From Coleofasciculus sp. B1-GNL1-01 (GTDB lineage: Bacteria; Cyanobacteriota; Cyanobacteriia; Cyanobacteriales; Coleofasciculaceae), in NCBI GenBank assembly GCA_040220235.1, contig JAVJTO010000112.1: a stretch of 64,000 nt of DNA. One strand, written 5' to 3'. A program made the translations under genes and the position numbers. This document shows, piece after piece, positions 9,572 to 18,880 of this stretch. The notes below the pieces were generated by a model. That model ran no database searches. It worked only from the letters and a program-made list of their open reading frames with translations, and was not told the origin of the DNA. Numbering within the stretch: the first letter of the stretch is position 1; every line of letters begins with the position of its first letter.

Positions 9572-10507
9572 TTAAGGTTTAATGGTGGAGGCTAATTTCC
9601 GTTCCATCGGAGGTAGATGATAATTATTAGAGACCTCAGAAGCCTTAACATCTGATAAGACAGTCATTGGATGAGCTGGCGACAGATGAGAGGGTGGCAT
9701 TTGCTTCCTTTCTTGGACTTTCAGCAAAATTAAGTATTCATAAAACGCTTGTAAGGTACACCAAGCCATTCCTGCTTTGCCATCCAGACAACCACCCAGG
9801 AAGAAGTACATATAAATCCACCGTAACAGGGGTCTAAAAGGTAAACGTAGGGATAAATCTTTGAGCGCTCGACGCCGTTCAACTTCTGATCGACCAAAGA
9901 ATAAGTTCCACCAATTGACATTTCCCTGTTCTAACTGACGGACTGTCTCAGCCGCTTCATCGGTGGAGTAGCGATTGTGCTTCTCTATCCAACGACTCAA
10001 GCCTTTACTACAGGTATAGTGGGGATAGGTTTCTTGTAGAAAACTGGTTGCTCCATTACAAACTTCCCGTTCCGTGTGACCGTAGTCTGTGAACCAAACC
10101 TTTCCTTTTTGGAAAAGACGCATTTGGTAACGAGGATACTGGGTGCTGTGGCGAATCCATTTCCCCATAAACATTACTCGTTCTGCTACATAATAGCCAA
10201 CCGCATCTGGGTGTTTTATTGCCGCTAAACACTCTTGAAACAGTTGAGGAGTCATTCGCTCATCTGCTTCTAAGATATAAACCCATTGATACTTTGTGGG
10301 AATCGCTTCTAGCATCCAGGTTCGTTGCTTGCCATGACTCTCAAACTGATGTTGCACGACACGAACGGGGTAGCGGGAGGCAATTTCTACAGTACGGTCT
10401 GTGCTGTAGGAATCTACTACTATGACATCATCCGATAGCTGGGCTGATTCAATGCAAGCCGCAATATCTATTTCCTCGTTATGGGTCAGAATGTAGATGG
10501 AAAACAT
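9572..10507 (-). CDS. Glycosyltransferase family 2
   Basis: ILTHNEE, VVDSYSTDRT and EADER GT-A motifs. Confidence 0.9.
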   Translation of the reverse strand: MFSIYILTHNEEIDIAACIESAQLSDDVIVVDSYSTDRTVEIASRYPVRVVQHQFESHGKQRTWMLEAIPTKYQWVYILEADERMTPQLFQECLAAIKHPDAVGYYVAERVMFMGKWIRHSTQYPRYQMRLFQKGKVWFTDYGHTEREVCNGATSFLQETYPHYTCSKGLSRWIEKHNRYSTDEAAETVRQLEQGNVNWWNLFFGRSEVERRRALKDLSLRLPFRPLLRWIYMYFFLGGCLDGKAGMAWCTLQAFYEYLILLKVQERKQMPPSHLSPAHPMTVLSDVKASEVSNNYHLPPMERKLASTIKP

Positions 10508-11096
10508 AAGTTAAAGAGTAAGTGAACGATTAAATGAGTGGCAGATTCATTTACATAGCCTAGTAATGCTACCTTGGAAATCAAAATTTATAGTGTAGAG
10601 GCAGGTGTAAGCCGTTTAAGAGAGCCTCAAACCGATAACTTCTCAATAAAACCCGCCCTTAGTCATAAATCAAAAGTCTGCCCTGAGCATCGTCGAAGGC
10701 TCAAAAGAATTGTTTTACACTAAATATATTTTGATAGGTTTTCTATCCCTGTGTCTAGGTCTATTCCCAATCTTTGTCCAATCTTTACATTGGCTTACTC
10801 AGTCTAACATTTCAGCCAAGTCGCTTCCGCCAGGCTAGGTGAGGTATAGCGCTACGCGCTAGGCTTTCTTGCAATAGGCAACACCTCGGACTTCGGCGTG
10901 AGCGCGGCAACTGAGCCTGTCGAAGTTTAGTCGAACGCTTACCTCGATGGTCAGTGAGCCTAGTCGAACTGCGCTCGGTAACACGCTCGGTGTGTCTTAT
11001 GCAATCGTGAAGAAAAACGCTTATTCATCAGAGGATGTCAACTTGGCTTCATGGCATACAATGGAAAGGCTGTGCAAAATTCGCTAACTGACAACC

Positions 11097-11270
11097 ATGG
11101 CTGTACCCAAGAAGAAAACATCAAAGTCAAAACGAGACAAACGTAGAGCTAACTGGAGACGCAAGGCATCATTGGAAGCGGAGAAAGCCCTCTCTCTGGG
11201 TAAGGCAGTTTTGAGTGGACGTTCGACGTTTGTCTATCCGACTGAAGAAGACGAAGAAGAAGAAGCCTAG
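11097..11270 (+). CDS. rpmF: 50S ribosomal protein L32 (absent from ORF track, 57 aa)
   Basis: Manual translation: [57 protein letters not shown]. Confidence 0.96.
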   Translation: MAVPKKKTSKSKRDKRRANWRRKASLEAEKALSLGKAVLSGRSTFVYPTEEDEEEEA

Positions 11271-11416
11271 TGTAGGGTAGCAGGAGTTTGTGAACACCTG
11301 CGTTCAGGGAGGGAAGATGGGGGAGTAGAGACGTAGCCTGATACGTCTCTACACTCTAGCTAGGTCGGGATGGTTATCTAGACACGGTGAGAAGTCCTAA
11401 ATTTTATAGTTGAACT

Positions 11417-12010
11417 ATGATCGGAAAATTTTTCCATAAACCAGAACCAGAACAGAGCGATCGCGTTCCTCCAGGTCAATACCTGACCAAGGGCTTCCCG
11501 GTTCTAACTTATGGTGAGACTCCCGACGTTAACATTGATGACTGGGAATTTCGGGTTTGGGGTTTGGCTACACCCAAGACCTGGCGTTGGTCAGATATGA
11601 TGGCAATGCCTCAACATGATTTCACCAAGGATTTCCATTGTGTGACCCGTTGGTCAAAACTGGATGTGCAATGGACGGGGATCAGGGTAACTGACTTTAT
11701 GAGTCAGGTGGAACTCGACCCTAAAACCACCCATGTTATGCAACATTGCTATGGCGGCTATACCACTAATCTGACACTAGACGAGTTTGTGCGTGAGGAT
11801 AACTTTTTTGCCCATACTCTGCTTGGCGAACCCTTACCCCCAGAACATGGCGGTCCTCTGCGCTTAGTGGTTCCCCACCTTTACGCTTGGAAAAGTGCTA
11901 AATGGATTAATGGCTTAGAGTTTCTTGACCACGAGGAATCAGGGTTCTGGGAACGTAATGGTTACCACCGCCGAGGTGAACCTTGGGCAGAAGAACGGTA
12001 TAGTTTCTAG
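11417..12010 (+). CDS. Sulfite oxidase-like molybdopterin-dependent oxidoreductase
   Basis: RVPPGQ, DFHCVTRWS, HGGPLRLVVPHLYAWKSAKW and GFWERNGYH motifs. Confidence 0.92.
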   Translation: MIGKFFHKPEPEQSDRVPPGQYLTKGFPVLTYGETPDVNIDDWEFRVWGLATPKTWRWSDMMAMPQHDFTKDFHCVTRWSKLDVQWTGIRVTDFMSQVELDPKTTHVMQHCYGGYTTNLTLDEFVREDNFFAHTLLGEPLPPEHGGPLRLVVPHLYAWKSAKWINGLEFLDHEESGFWERNGYHRRGEPWAEERYSF

Positions 12011-12082
12011 TACAAGAAGGCAGAAATAATGCCAACAGCTAACATCTTCCCCATCTCCCTCATCTTCCCATAACTTATTCAA

Positions 12083-12450
12083 CTGAAGCCCCCCGTGCGG
12101 ATGTACTACACCTAGGCTAAAGCCTTATTCCGTAGTGATTTGAGCGATTAAGCTCTCAAAAACTGTACCCATGTAAACTTTACCAAAATACCGCGATACG
12201 TTCCTTCGGAACAGGCTCCGCCAACGCGGTATTTTGGTAATATGACAAGAGATCGGTTGAAACCAACGCCAAATCAAGGTTTCAGCGATCATACATAAGT
12301 AGAGCGGCGGCTCGACGGCTCGACTGAGCATCGCCGAACGTCTGAGCGCGACTCGACTGAGCGCTCGCCGAAGGTCTCGCCAAACGTCTAAAAAATCGCG
12401 GAAAGCCTCACGGTGGGGCAGTTTTGATTTTTTGTCTGGGGGAACTTCAG
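12083..12450 (+). mobile_element. Non-autonomous IS1634-related element (MITE)
   Basis: Termini CTGAAGCCCCCC / GGGGGAACTTCAG. The left end is homologous to the IS1634 remnant end at 53996, with GTACCCATGTA 82 bp inside both. Confidence 0.65.
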
Positions 12451-12781
12451 TTTCATCGGCAACGTCGCCCCGGCTGTATGACACAGAGGCTGTAGGGTTT
12501 TGGCGGCGGTAGGCGTTGTGGCGATCGCAGCTAGGGGGTGAAAGTCTTGAAATAGCCACATAGGTCTTTAGAATTTAAATTGAATCATAGCAGTTAATGA
12601 TCAAAAAATAAATTTCAGCACCGCTTCAGCCAAATTTCAGGATAAAAAGACTGAAATTTAACGCACCATCTATGAAAGTTTTTATCGATTAATACCGCTA
12701 CCTTACAGCAGTTTACAAACCTTTATTATAACGGGTGCAACTTATCAAATATTAACAGGCAAAAGTTAAATCACATAACTC

Positions 12782-12810
12782 TGGACAAGTTTACAATACA
12801 TCGGTACTAT
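12782..12810 (+). promoter_or_regulatory. Sigma70-type promoter (TGGACA-N17-TACTAT) overlapped by a LexA-like box
   Basis: The minus strand of 12795-12808 reads AGTAC-CGA-T-GTATT, one mismatch to the cyanobacterial LexA consensus RGTACNNNDGTWCB. Confidence 0.45.
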
Positions 12811-12856
12811 AAATAAGCAAAGGAAAGACTATTAATGTTAGGGGTAGACTGAGAAT

Positions 12857-13639
12857 ATGGCTAGCACTCATACAGGTATCGAGTGGACAGACCGAACATG
12901 GAACCCCACAACTGGTTGCAACAAAGTTAGTCCAGGTTGTACCCATTGTTATGCAGAAGCACTAACTAAACGGTTTCATCAGAATTTTCCCAATGGATTT
13001 GATTTAACCCTGCATCGGGAACGCATAAAAGAACCCTTGCGTTGGCGCAAGCCAAGTCGCATTTTTGTCAACTCTATGAGTGATCTTTTTCACGAAGACG
13101 TGCCTATCGGATTTCTCAAAGACGTGTTTGATGTGATGGGTCAAACGCCGCAGCATATCTATCAAATTTTGACCAAACGACATGAACGTTTAGTTGAATT
13201 AGCGTCTCAGTTAGAATGGCATAACAATATTTGGATGGGGGTATCGGTTGAAAATCAGGACTATGTTCATCGGGTTGATTCCCTGCGACAAGTTCCAGCC
13301 AATGTGCGTTTTCTCTCTTGTGAACCACTTCTCGGTGATTTACATCTTAATTTAACGGATATTCATTGGGTTATTGTGGGTGGCGAATCGGGAAATAGAT
13401 ATCGTCCGATGAAGTTAGAGTGGGCGCAAAGTATTCGTGATCAATGTGAGAGAAATAATGTTCCTTTTTTCTTTAAACAGTGGGGGGGTAGAACACCAAA
13501 AGCTGGAGGAAGAGAACTGGATGGCAAGATTTGGGATGAAATGCCATTAGCTTGGAAACAACACCAACAGCAATGGCGAAAAGATATCCCTGTATCTCGT
13601 CATCAGTCTACCAAACAACTTAAATTGGTGGAAAAGTAA
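12857..13639 (+). CDS. DUF5131 / phage Gp37-Gp68 family radical-SAM-like protein
   Basis: TGIEWTDRTWNPTTGCNKVSPGCTHCYA (Cx6Cx2C), IFVNSMSDLFH, QILTKR, FLSCEPLL, WVIVGGESG and FFKQWGG motifs. Confidence 0.93.
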   Translation: MASTHTGIEWTDRTWNPTTGCNKVSPGCTHCYAEALTKRFHQNFPNGFDLTLHRERIKEPLRWRKPSRIFVNSMSDLFHEDVPIGFLKDVFDVMGQTPQHIYQILTKRHERLVELASQLEWHNNIWMGVSVENQDYVHRVDSLRQVPANVRFLSCEPLLGDLHLNLTDIHWVIVGGESGNRYRPMKLEWAQSIRDQCERNNVPFFFKQWGGRTPKAGGRELDGKIWDEMPLAWKQHQQQWRKDIPVSRHQSTKQLKLVEK

Positions 13640-14753
13640 CTCGTACTGTATCGGCAAATGTGTTTTTCCGGCGCTTAGATGGTTCTGCTGTAATTTTGCC
13701 TTTAGCCTCTAGTTTTAGAAGAGCATCTTTGTAATTTTTCTTGATGTACCCTTTACCAATATGATGTCTTTGATAAACCTCTATCATCGTCATTGTTTGA
13801 CCGGCAAACTCATCTAATAACATATCTGTGAGTTCATCCAGTGGACGTGAAAGTTCAAAAAGTAAAGGTTGGAATTTTGTTGCCGGATTATACTCAAAAG
13901 ATGGAACACCTTGCTCTGTTGTCGAACTTTCCTTTGCCATAATCTCTTTCATAATCTCATAACCTCTTACATGCTTACTGACAAAAATTAGATGATGGCT
14001 AGTACGGTTGCCATTTTCATGTCGAAAACGGAAAGGAAGCACATACTCTCCACCCATGTCTTTTAACGCTTCACAAATTTCTTCGACAATAGCGATTTCT
14101 TTGTTGGCTGGCTTTAGTATCTGCAATTTTTCTCGAAGTTCTGACGCACGTTCTTCGCCAAATAGAGCATTTATATGATTTTTTACGGCATCGTTACCTA
14201 ATCCCATATTAATCCGGTTGTAGTTAAAGAAAAATATACAGTCACAGCCCCAATTCTTAACTACAGAATTAATCAGTTGTAATGACAATCCTTTATATCC
14301 CCATGGATCGACAAAAAATAGAGTGGGAACCAATTTAACTTGTTCAAACCTCTGAACTATCTCTTCACCAATTTCATGGTTTATAACAATGGGTTTATTT
14401 TTTAGTTTATTGATATTGTGAATTGACTGAATATTGTTCTGGAGTGACTGTGTATTATTTGCATCAGCATCATTAAAAAGCGTTATCAAGCGTTCTCTAA
14501 AATCTGGTTCTCGAATAGCAGTTTCCAGTACACGCAACGGTGTCGATTCGGAACCATCTTGATATCGACCAGGACCGGCAAACAAGTCAATATAAGCAAG
14601 TTTCAGCTTCTTTGACTTTGACTTTTGCTTTTGTTCTTTTTGTTTCAAAAATCCGATGATAACTTTTGCCCATGCCCAAAAGTATTTCTCAACTATTCTG
14701 GCTTTAACGAGTGATTGTTCCTTTTGTTCATCAAAAAAAGACGAGTTGTTCAT
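13620..14753 (-). CDS. tcmP: Three-Cys-motif partner protein TcmP (methyltransferase-like fold plus C-terminal wHTH)
   Basis: YIDLFAGPG SAM-binding-like motif and FFVDPWGY motif; convergent with DUF5131. Confidence 0.85.
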   Translation of the reverse strand: MNNSSFFDEQKEQSLVKARIVEKYFWAWAKVIIGFLKQKEQKQKSKSKKLKLAYIDLFAGPGRYQDGSESTPLRVLETAIREPDFRERLITLFNDADANNTQSLQNNIQSIHNINKLKNKPIVINHEIGEEIVQRFEQVKLVPTLFFVDPWGYKGLSLQLINSVVKNWGCDCIFFFNYNRINMGLGNDAVKNHINALFGEERASELREKLQILKPANKEIAIVEEICEALKDMGGEYVLPFRFRHENGNRTSHHLIFVSKHVRGYEIMKEIMAKESSTTEQGVPSFEYNPATKFQPLLFELSRPLDELTDMLLDEFAGQTMTMIEVYQRHHIGKGYIKKNYKDALLKLEAKGKITAEPSKRRKNTFADTVRVTFPPI

Positions 14754-14852
14754 AGTAATATCTTAAATTGGATAATTCCAAAAACTATGTAACACTATTT
14801 TTTTGCCTAGTGGGTATTTTCCGAAACCCCGAATAAGACAGATGACTGGCTA

Positions 14853-15815
14853 TCAAGTTTGACCCATTTTAGCGGCTTTTTGAATCGTCTCCAGGGTTAA
14901 CACACCAATTACCTTTCCTTCATCCATGACAGGCAATCTCTGAGTTCCTGTCTGTAAGAGGAGGGATAAAGCTTGACGCAAATTCTCGTCAGGTGCGATC
15001 GCACGATTATCCTGATGCTGATAATCTGGAGAAACTGGCTGCATTGCCACCTCCACCCGCTGTAAACTTAACTGACGCAACAGATCATCGGCACCCATTA
15101 ACTCCCGGACAAAATCATTAGCCGGGTGCGTCAAAATATTTAACGGCGTATCAAATTGGACAATTTCACCCTTTTGTAAAATCATAATCTTGTCCCCCAG
15201 ACGCAGCGCTTCCTCCACATCATGGGAGACAAAAAGAATCGTTTTATGCAGTTGACGCTGAATTCGTAAGATTTCGTCTTGCAAAGATTGGCGGGTAATC
15301 GCATCAATGGCACCAAAAGGTTCATCCATTAGCATTAACTTCGGATCACCAGCCAACGCCCGCGCCACGCCAACACGCTGCTGCTGTCCACCGGATAACT
15401 GTGCCGGGTAACGATTCCGGTAAACTTGAGGGGGTAGTTCGACCAGCGTCAATAACTCATCAACGCGAGACTGGTATTTTGAGCGTGACCATCCTAAAAG
15501 CTTGGGAACAACGGCAATATTTTCTGCCACCGTCTGATGAGGAAATAAGCCCGACTGTTGAATCACGTAGCCAATTTGCTGACGCAGCGTCGTGACTTTC
15601 ATTTTGCGGATGTTAACCCCATCCAGATAAATCGCACCGGATGTGGGTTCATACAATCGATTGACCATCTTGAGAACTGTGGTTTTACCACATCCCGATG
15701 GACCTAAAATAACGACCAGTTGACCCGCTTCAATGTCGCAGGTTACACCATTTACCGCAGGTTGGGGCGTCCCGGGAAATTGGAGATGAACTTGATCAAA
15801 ACGAATAGCACTCAC
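14853..15815 (-). CDS. Osmoprotectant (glycine betaine/choline) ABC transporter ATP-binding subunit with CBS domain
   Basis: GPSGCGKTT, IGYVIQQSGLFPH, LSGGQQQRVGVARAL and DEPFGAID motifs; C-terminal CBS. Confidence 0.88.
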   Translation of the reverse strand: MSAIRFDQVHLQFPGTPQPAVNGVTCDIEAGQLVVILGPSGCGKTTVLKMVNRLYEPTSGAIYLDGVNIRKMKVTTLRQQIGYVIQQSGLFPHQTVAENIAVVPKLLGWSRSKYQSRVDELLTLVELPPQVYRNRYPAQLSGGQQQRVGVARALAGDPKLMLMDEPFGAIDAITRQSLQDEILRIQRQLHKTILFVSHDVEEALRLGDKIMILQKGEIVQFDTPLNILTHPANDFVRELMGADDLLRQLSLQRVEVAMQPVSPDYQHQDNRAIAPDENLRQALSLLLQTGTQRLPVMDEGKVIGVLTLETIQKAAKMGQT

Positions 15816-15932
15816 TGATTTGGCTGATTTTTGCTAAGGTTGGCGAATTCTATTGTGGGATTGGAGTGACCAATGACAGATAAAAGGGTAATATTTCCTG
15901 ACAAATGACCAATGACCAATGACCAATGACCA

Positions 15933-17630
15933 ATGACCAATGCTGACATTTTAATTCTCTCCAATGGTCCGGGAGAAGTCACCACCTGGGTACGTCCTGT
16001 GGTCAAAGCCTTGCGCCAGCAGCTAGGATGCGATCGCGCCTTTGTCCGCATCTCGGTGATTCTGTCTCCTTGTCCCAATGCTACAGGCAAAGAAGCCCAG
16101 ATTGTTCAATCCTACCCCGAAGTAGACCGAGTGCAAGGGGCAGAGCATTTCTTTCCCTTTTTACTTTGGGGGAAAACTGCCGAAAATTGGGACTGGCGCG
16201 ATCGCGGCGTGGTGGTATTCTTAGGCGGCGATCAGTTTTTTCCTGTCGTTATTGGTTCTCGCTTAAAATATCGTACTGTTGTTTATGCCGAATGGGATGC
16301 CCGTTGGCATCGCTGGATTGATCGGTTCGGGGTGATGAAACCCGATATTATCGCCAAAGCCCCGAAAAAATATCGCCACAAGTTAACGGTAGTTGGAGAT
16401 TTAATGGCAGATGTGGCGAGAGGGAGTAAGGGAGCAGAGGAGCTGGGGGAGCTGGGGAAGCAGGGGGAGCTGGGGGAGCTGGGGGAGCTGGGGGAGCAGG
16501 GGGAGCAGGGGGAGCAGGGGAAGCAGGGGGAGCTGGGGGAGCAGGGGAAGCAGAGGGAGCAGGGGGAGCAGGGGGAGCAGAGGGAGCTGGGGAAGCAGAG
16601 GGCGTTAACTCAAAACCCTGTCCTCGAAGGAAGTGAAGGAGAAGAGAAGGATCAAAACCAGGTTCCCTTCGAGCGAAGCGAAGGGTCAACACTTAACACT
16701 TCCCCAATTGAATGGATTGGTTTACTTCCAGGGTCAAAACCTGCCAAATTGATTCAGGGAGTACCATTAGGGTTAGCGATTGCTGAACACATTCACAACG
16801 TTAGACCTCAAACCCGTTTTTTGATTCCTGTTGCACCAACCTTGGATTTACCCACGCTAGCCCGTTTTGCTGATCCCCAAGAAAATCCCCTGATTCAGAA
16901 ATTAGGATGGGGGGCGGCGAGATTGGTGATGCTAGATGGTGAAGATGAGGGCGGGTTTAGCCACATCAAGGTGACAGAGAACGATAGTAGTGAAACCCGC
17001 CCCTACACTCAAAACCAGGTTTCTTTGAGCGAAGTCTCTACATTATTCAGGGCGGGTTTTGAACCCAAGTTATCATCAATCGCGAAACAAAATTCCCTAA
17101 ACCCGCCCCGACACTCAATACTCAAAATGGCGAGTGGTGTAACGGTAGAACTTATAACCGAATTTCCCGCCCATGAGATATTATCGCAATGCTGTCTGTG
17201 TTTAACCACAGTGGGAGCGAATACGGCGGAATTAGGTTCCCTCGGTGTACCAATGATCGTCTTATTACCCACTCAGCAACTGGATGCGATGCGGGCTTGG
17301 GATGGATTACCCGGATTGTTAGCCCGGTTACCGGGGGTAGGAACAAGCTTTGCCAAACTGATTAATTGGCTGATTCTGCGACAAGGACGCCTATTTGCGT
17401 GGCCCAATATTTGGGCAAAAGCGGAAATTGTCCCAGAAGTCGTGGGTCAACTGAAACCTCAGGATGTGGCACAATTGGTACTTGAGTATTTAGAGCATCC
17501 CCAAAAACTAGAAGACATGCGATCGCGCCTACGGTCAGTCCGAGGTGAATCAGGTGCCGCCCAAAAGTTAGCGCAATTGGTGCAAGAGGAACTTACTCAT
17601 CCCCAACCACCAATGACCAATGACAAATGA
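15933..17630 (+). CDS. Lipid-A-disaccharide synthase-like (LpxB-like) glycosyltransferase with in-frame repeat insertions
   Basis: [32 protein letters not shown] and [10 protein letters not shown] motifs. Confidence 0.82.
   Translation: MTNADILILSNGPGEVTTWVRPVVKALRQQLGCDRAFVRISVILSPCPNATGKEAQIVQSYPEVDRVQGAEHFFPFLLWGKTAENWDWRDRGVVVFLGGDQFFPVVIGSRLKYRTVVYAEWDARWHRWIDRFGVMKPDIIAKAPKKYRHKLTVVGDLMADVARGSKGAEELGELGKQGELGELGELGEQGEQGEQGKQGELGEQGKQREQGEQGEQRELGKQRALTQNPVLEGSEGEEKDQNQVPFERSEGSTLNTSPIEWIGLLPGSKPAKLIQGVPLGLAIAEHIHNVRPQTRFLIPVAPTLDLPTLARFADPQENPLIQKLGWGAARLVMLDGEDEGGFSHIKVTENDSSETRPYTQNQVSLSEVSTLFRAGFEPKLSSIAKQNSLNPPRHSILKMASGVTVELITEFPAHEILSQCCLCLTTVGANTAELGSLGVPMIVLLPTQQLDAMRAWDGLPGLLARLPGVGTSFAKLINWLILRQGRLFAWPNIWAKAEIVPEVVGQLKPQDVAQLVLEYLEHPQKLEDMRSRLRSVRGESGAAQKLAQLVQEELTHPQPPMTNDK
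16430..16600 (+). repeat. 9-bp tandem repeat (GGGGAGC[A/T]G)n encoding (GEL/GEQ)n
   Basis: Directly visible array inside the lpxB-like ORF. Confidence 0.9.
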
Positions 17631-17766
17631 CTATTTTGGAGTTAACGTGTCAAGCATAACCTTAGTAGTGATATCATCCTCCTACAGGGTAATCACATCA
17701 CCGAGCGACGTTGCCCATCGTCTTCTGCTATTGGAAGTCCCTATTGTATTGGAGCTGTAAGCTATC

Positions 17767-18315
17767 GTGAACGCGACTGAAACCCAAACCCTACCAGCGC
17801 TACAAACTGAAGTGTCTCGGCTTCGGGAAGAGTTACATCTGAGAGATCAGCTCGTGCAGCAACTCTCTCAAGAGCTATTTCGCTTGGTTAAAGGCAATGC
17901 GAACTTCAAACCGCCAGCCGAGGTTTCTGAGCGTCATCAAGCCCAAATGCGAGTCTTGCGAGAACAGTTGCAAGATGTGGAGCAGCAAGTCAGATTTTAC
18001 CAAGAGCAGATTACGACTCGTGATCAAGAAATTTATCAGTTGCGCCAGTCTGTGCAAGAATTAACGGATCGCTCTCGCATGTTAGAGCAGGTGGTTCAGG
18101 AGCTACCCCAAATTTATCGCCAGAAGTTTGCTGAACGCATGGCACCAGTGAGAGAAAAGGTGAGCCGATTACAACGAGAGAATCGCCAACTTCATGCGGA
18201 GTTGCAAAGTGTCAGCTATCGACTAGCTGTCAGGAATCGCAATATCACTCATGTTGACCTACCCAGTTTTGGTCGTCCGACGAATAGCCCAATTCCTACA
18301 TTTGGTAGCGTGTGA
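17767..18315 (+). CDS. Conserved cyanobacterial coiled-coil protein (Npun_F5560-like)
   Basis: RDQLVQQLSQELFRLVKGN motif, heptad pattern, GTG start. Confidence 0.75.
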   Translation: MNATETQTLPALQTEVSRLREELHLRDQLVQQLSQELFRLVKGNANFKPPAEVSERHQAQMRVLREQLQDVEQQVRFYQEQITTRDQEIYQLRQSVQELTDRSRMLEQVVQELPQIYRQKFAERMAPVREKVSRLQRENRQLHAELQSVSYRLAVRNRNITHVDLPSFGRPTNSPIPTFGSV

Positions 18316-18351
18316 ACTGTCTGTGTTTGTTAGTCCGTTTTAGCTTGTAGG

Positions 18352-18454
18352 CTAAAGCGTCAGTCAAGTATGGCTAGAAACCGGGTTTCTCGTTAGGATG
18401 ACAACGCCATATCAACCGAGCCAAAGAAACCCGGTTTCTTGACCGATGTCCTAG
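18352..18454. repeat. MITE/REP-like element with AGAAACCGGGTTTCT / AGAAACCCGGTTTCTTGACCGA arms
   Basis: A second copy lies at about 27439-27536. Confidence 0.75.
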
Positions 18455-18880
18455 GCGGACTTTGTCGCGTGCATGTCAACGAGAGTAGGTTGGGTTGAGA
18501 AACGAAACCCAACTCCCTTGGTTAACTGGAACATTTTGTGCTGTCCCTGACATGCTCCCACTTTGTTTGTGTAATGGCGCAATTTTAGCTGGATTCGCCG
18601 GAAACCCAAATCCTTACCACCCCAGACCCCATACCCTACACCCTGTCTCAACCAATAACCTTAAGTGCATCAGTCCTGATAACTTTCCTATCGTAAGGCA
18701 GATGTATTGAACAGACTATCTTCGTTGAAATGAAGGCAGGCAAGCTTAGGCTTTTGGGCTTGTAGTGCAGCCTAACCCAAAAAATCGTCAGAGATTTAGC
18801 CTCTAACCATTAGGGTTAGCTGGCTATCTTGCCTGTTCGTTTAATTTTTTCAATTGAAGAGAAAAGAGGAGTTCAACTTC

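Noticed and set aside
12125..12559. 144-aa minus-strand ORF
   Set aside because: It runs through a MITE and a nested palindromic repeat and has no recognisable protein motif.
16348..16692. Pro/Ala-rich antisense ORF and the Gly/Ser/Arg ORF at 16411-16608
   Set aside because: These are alternative-frame readings of the 9-bp tandem repeat inside the lpxB-like gene.
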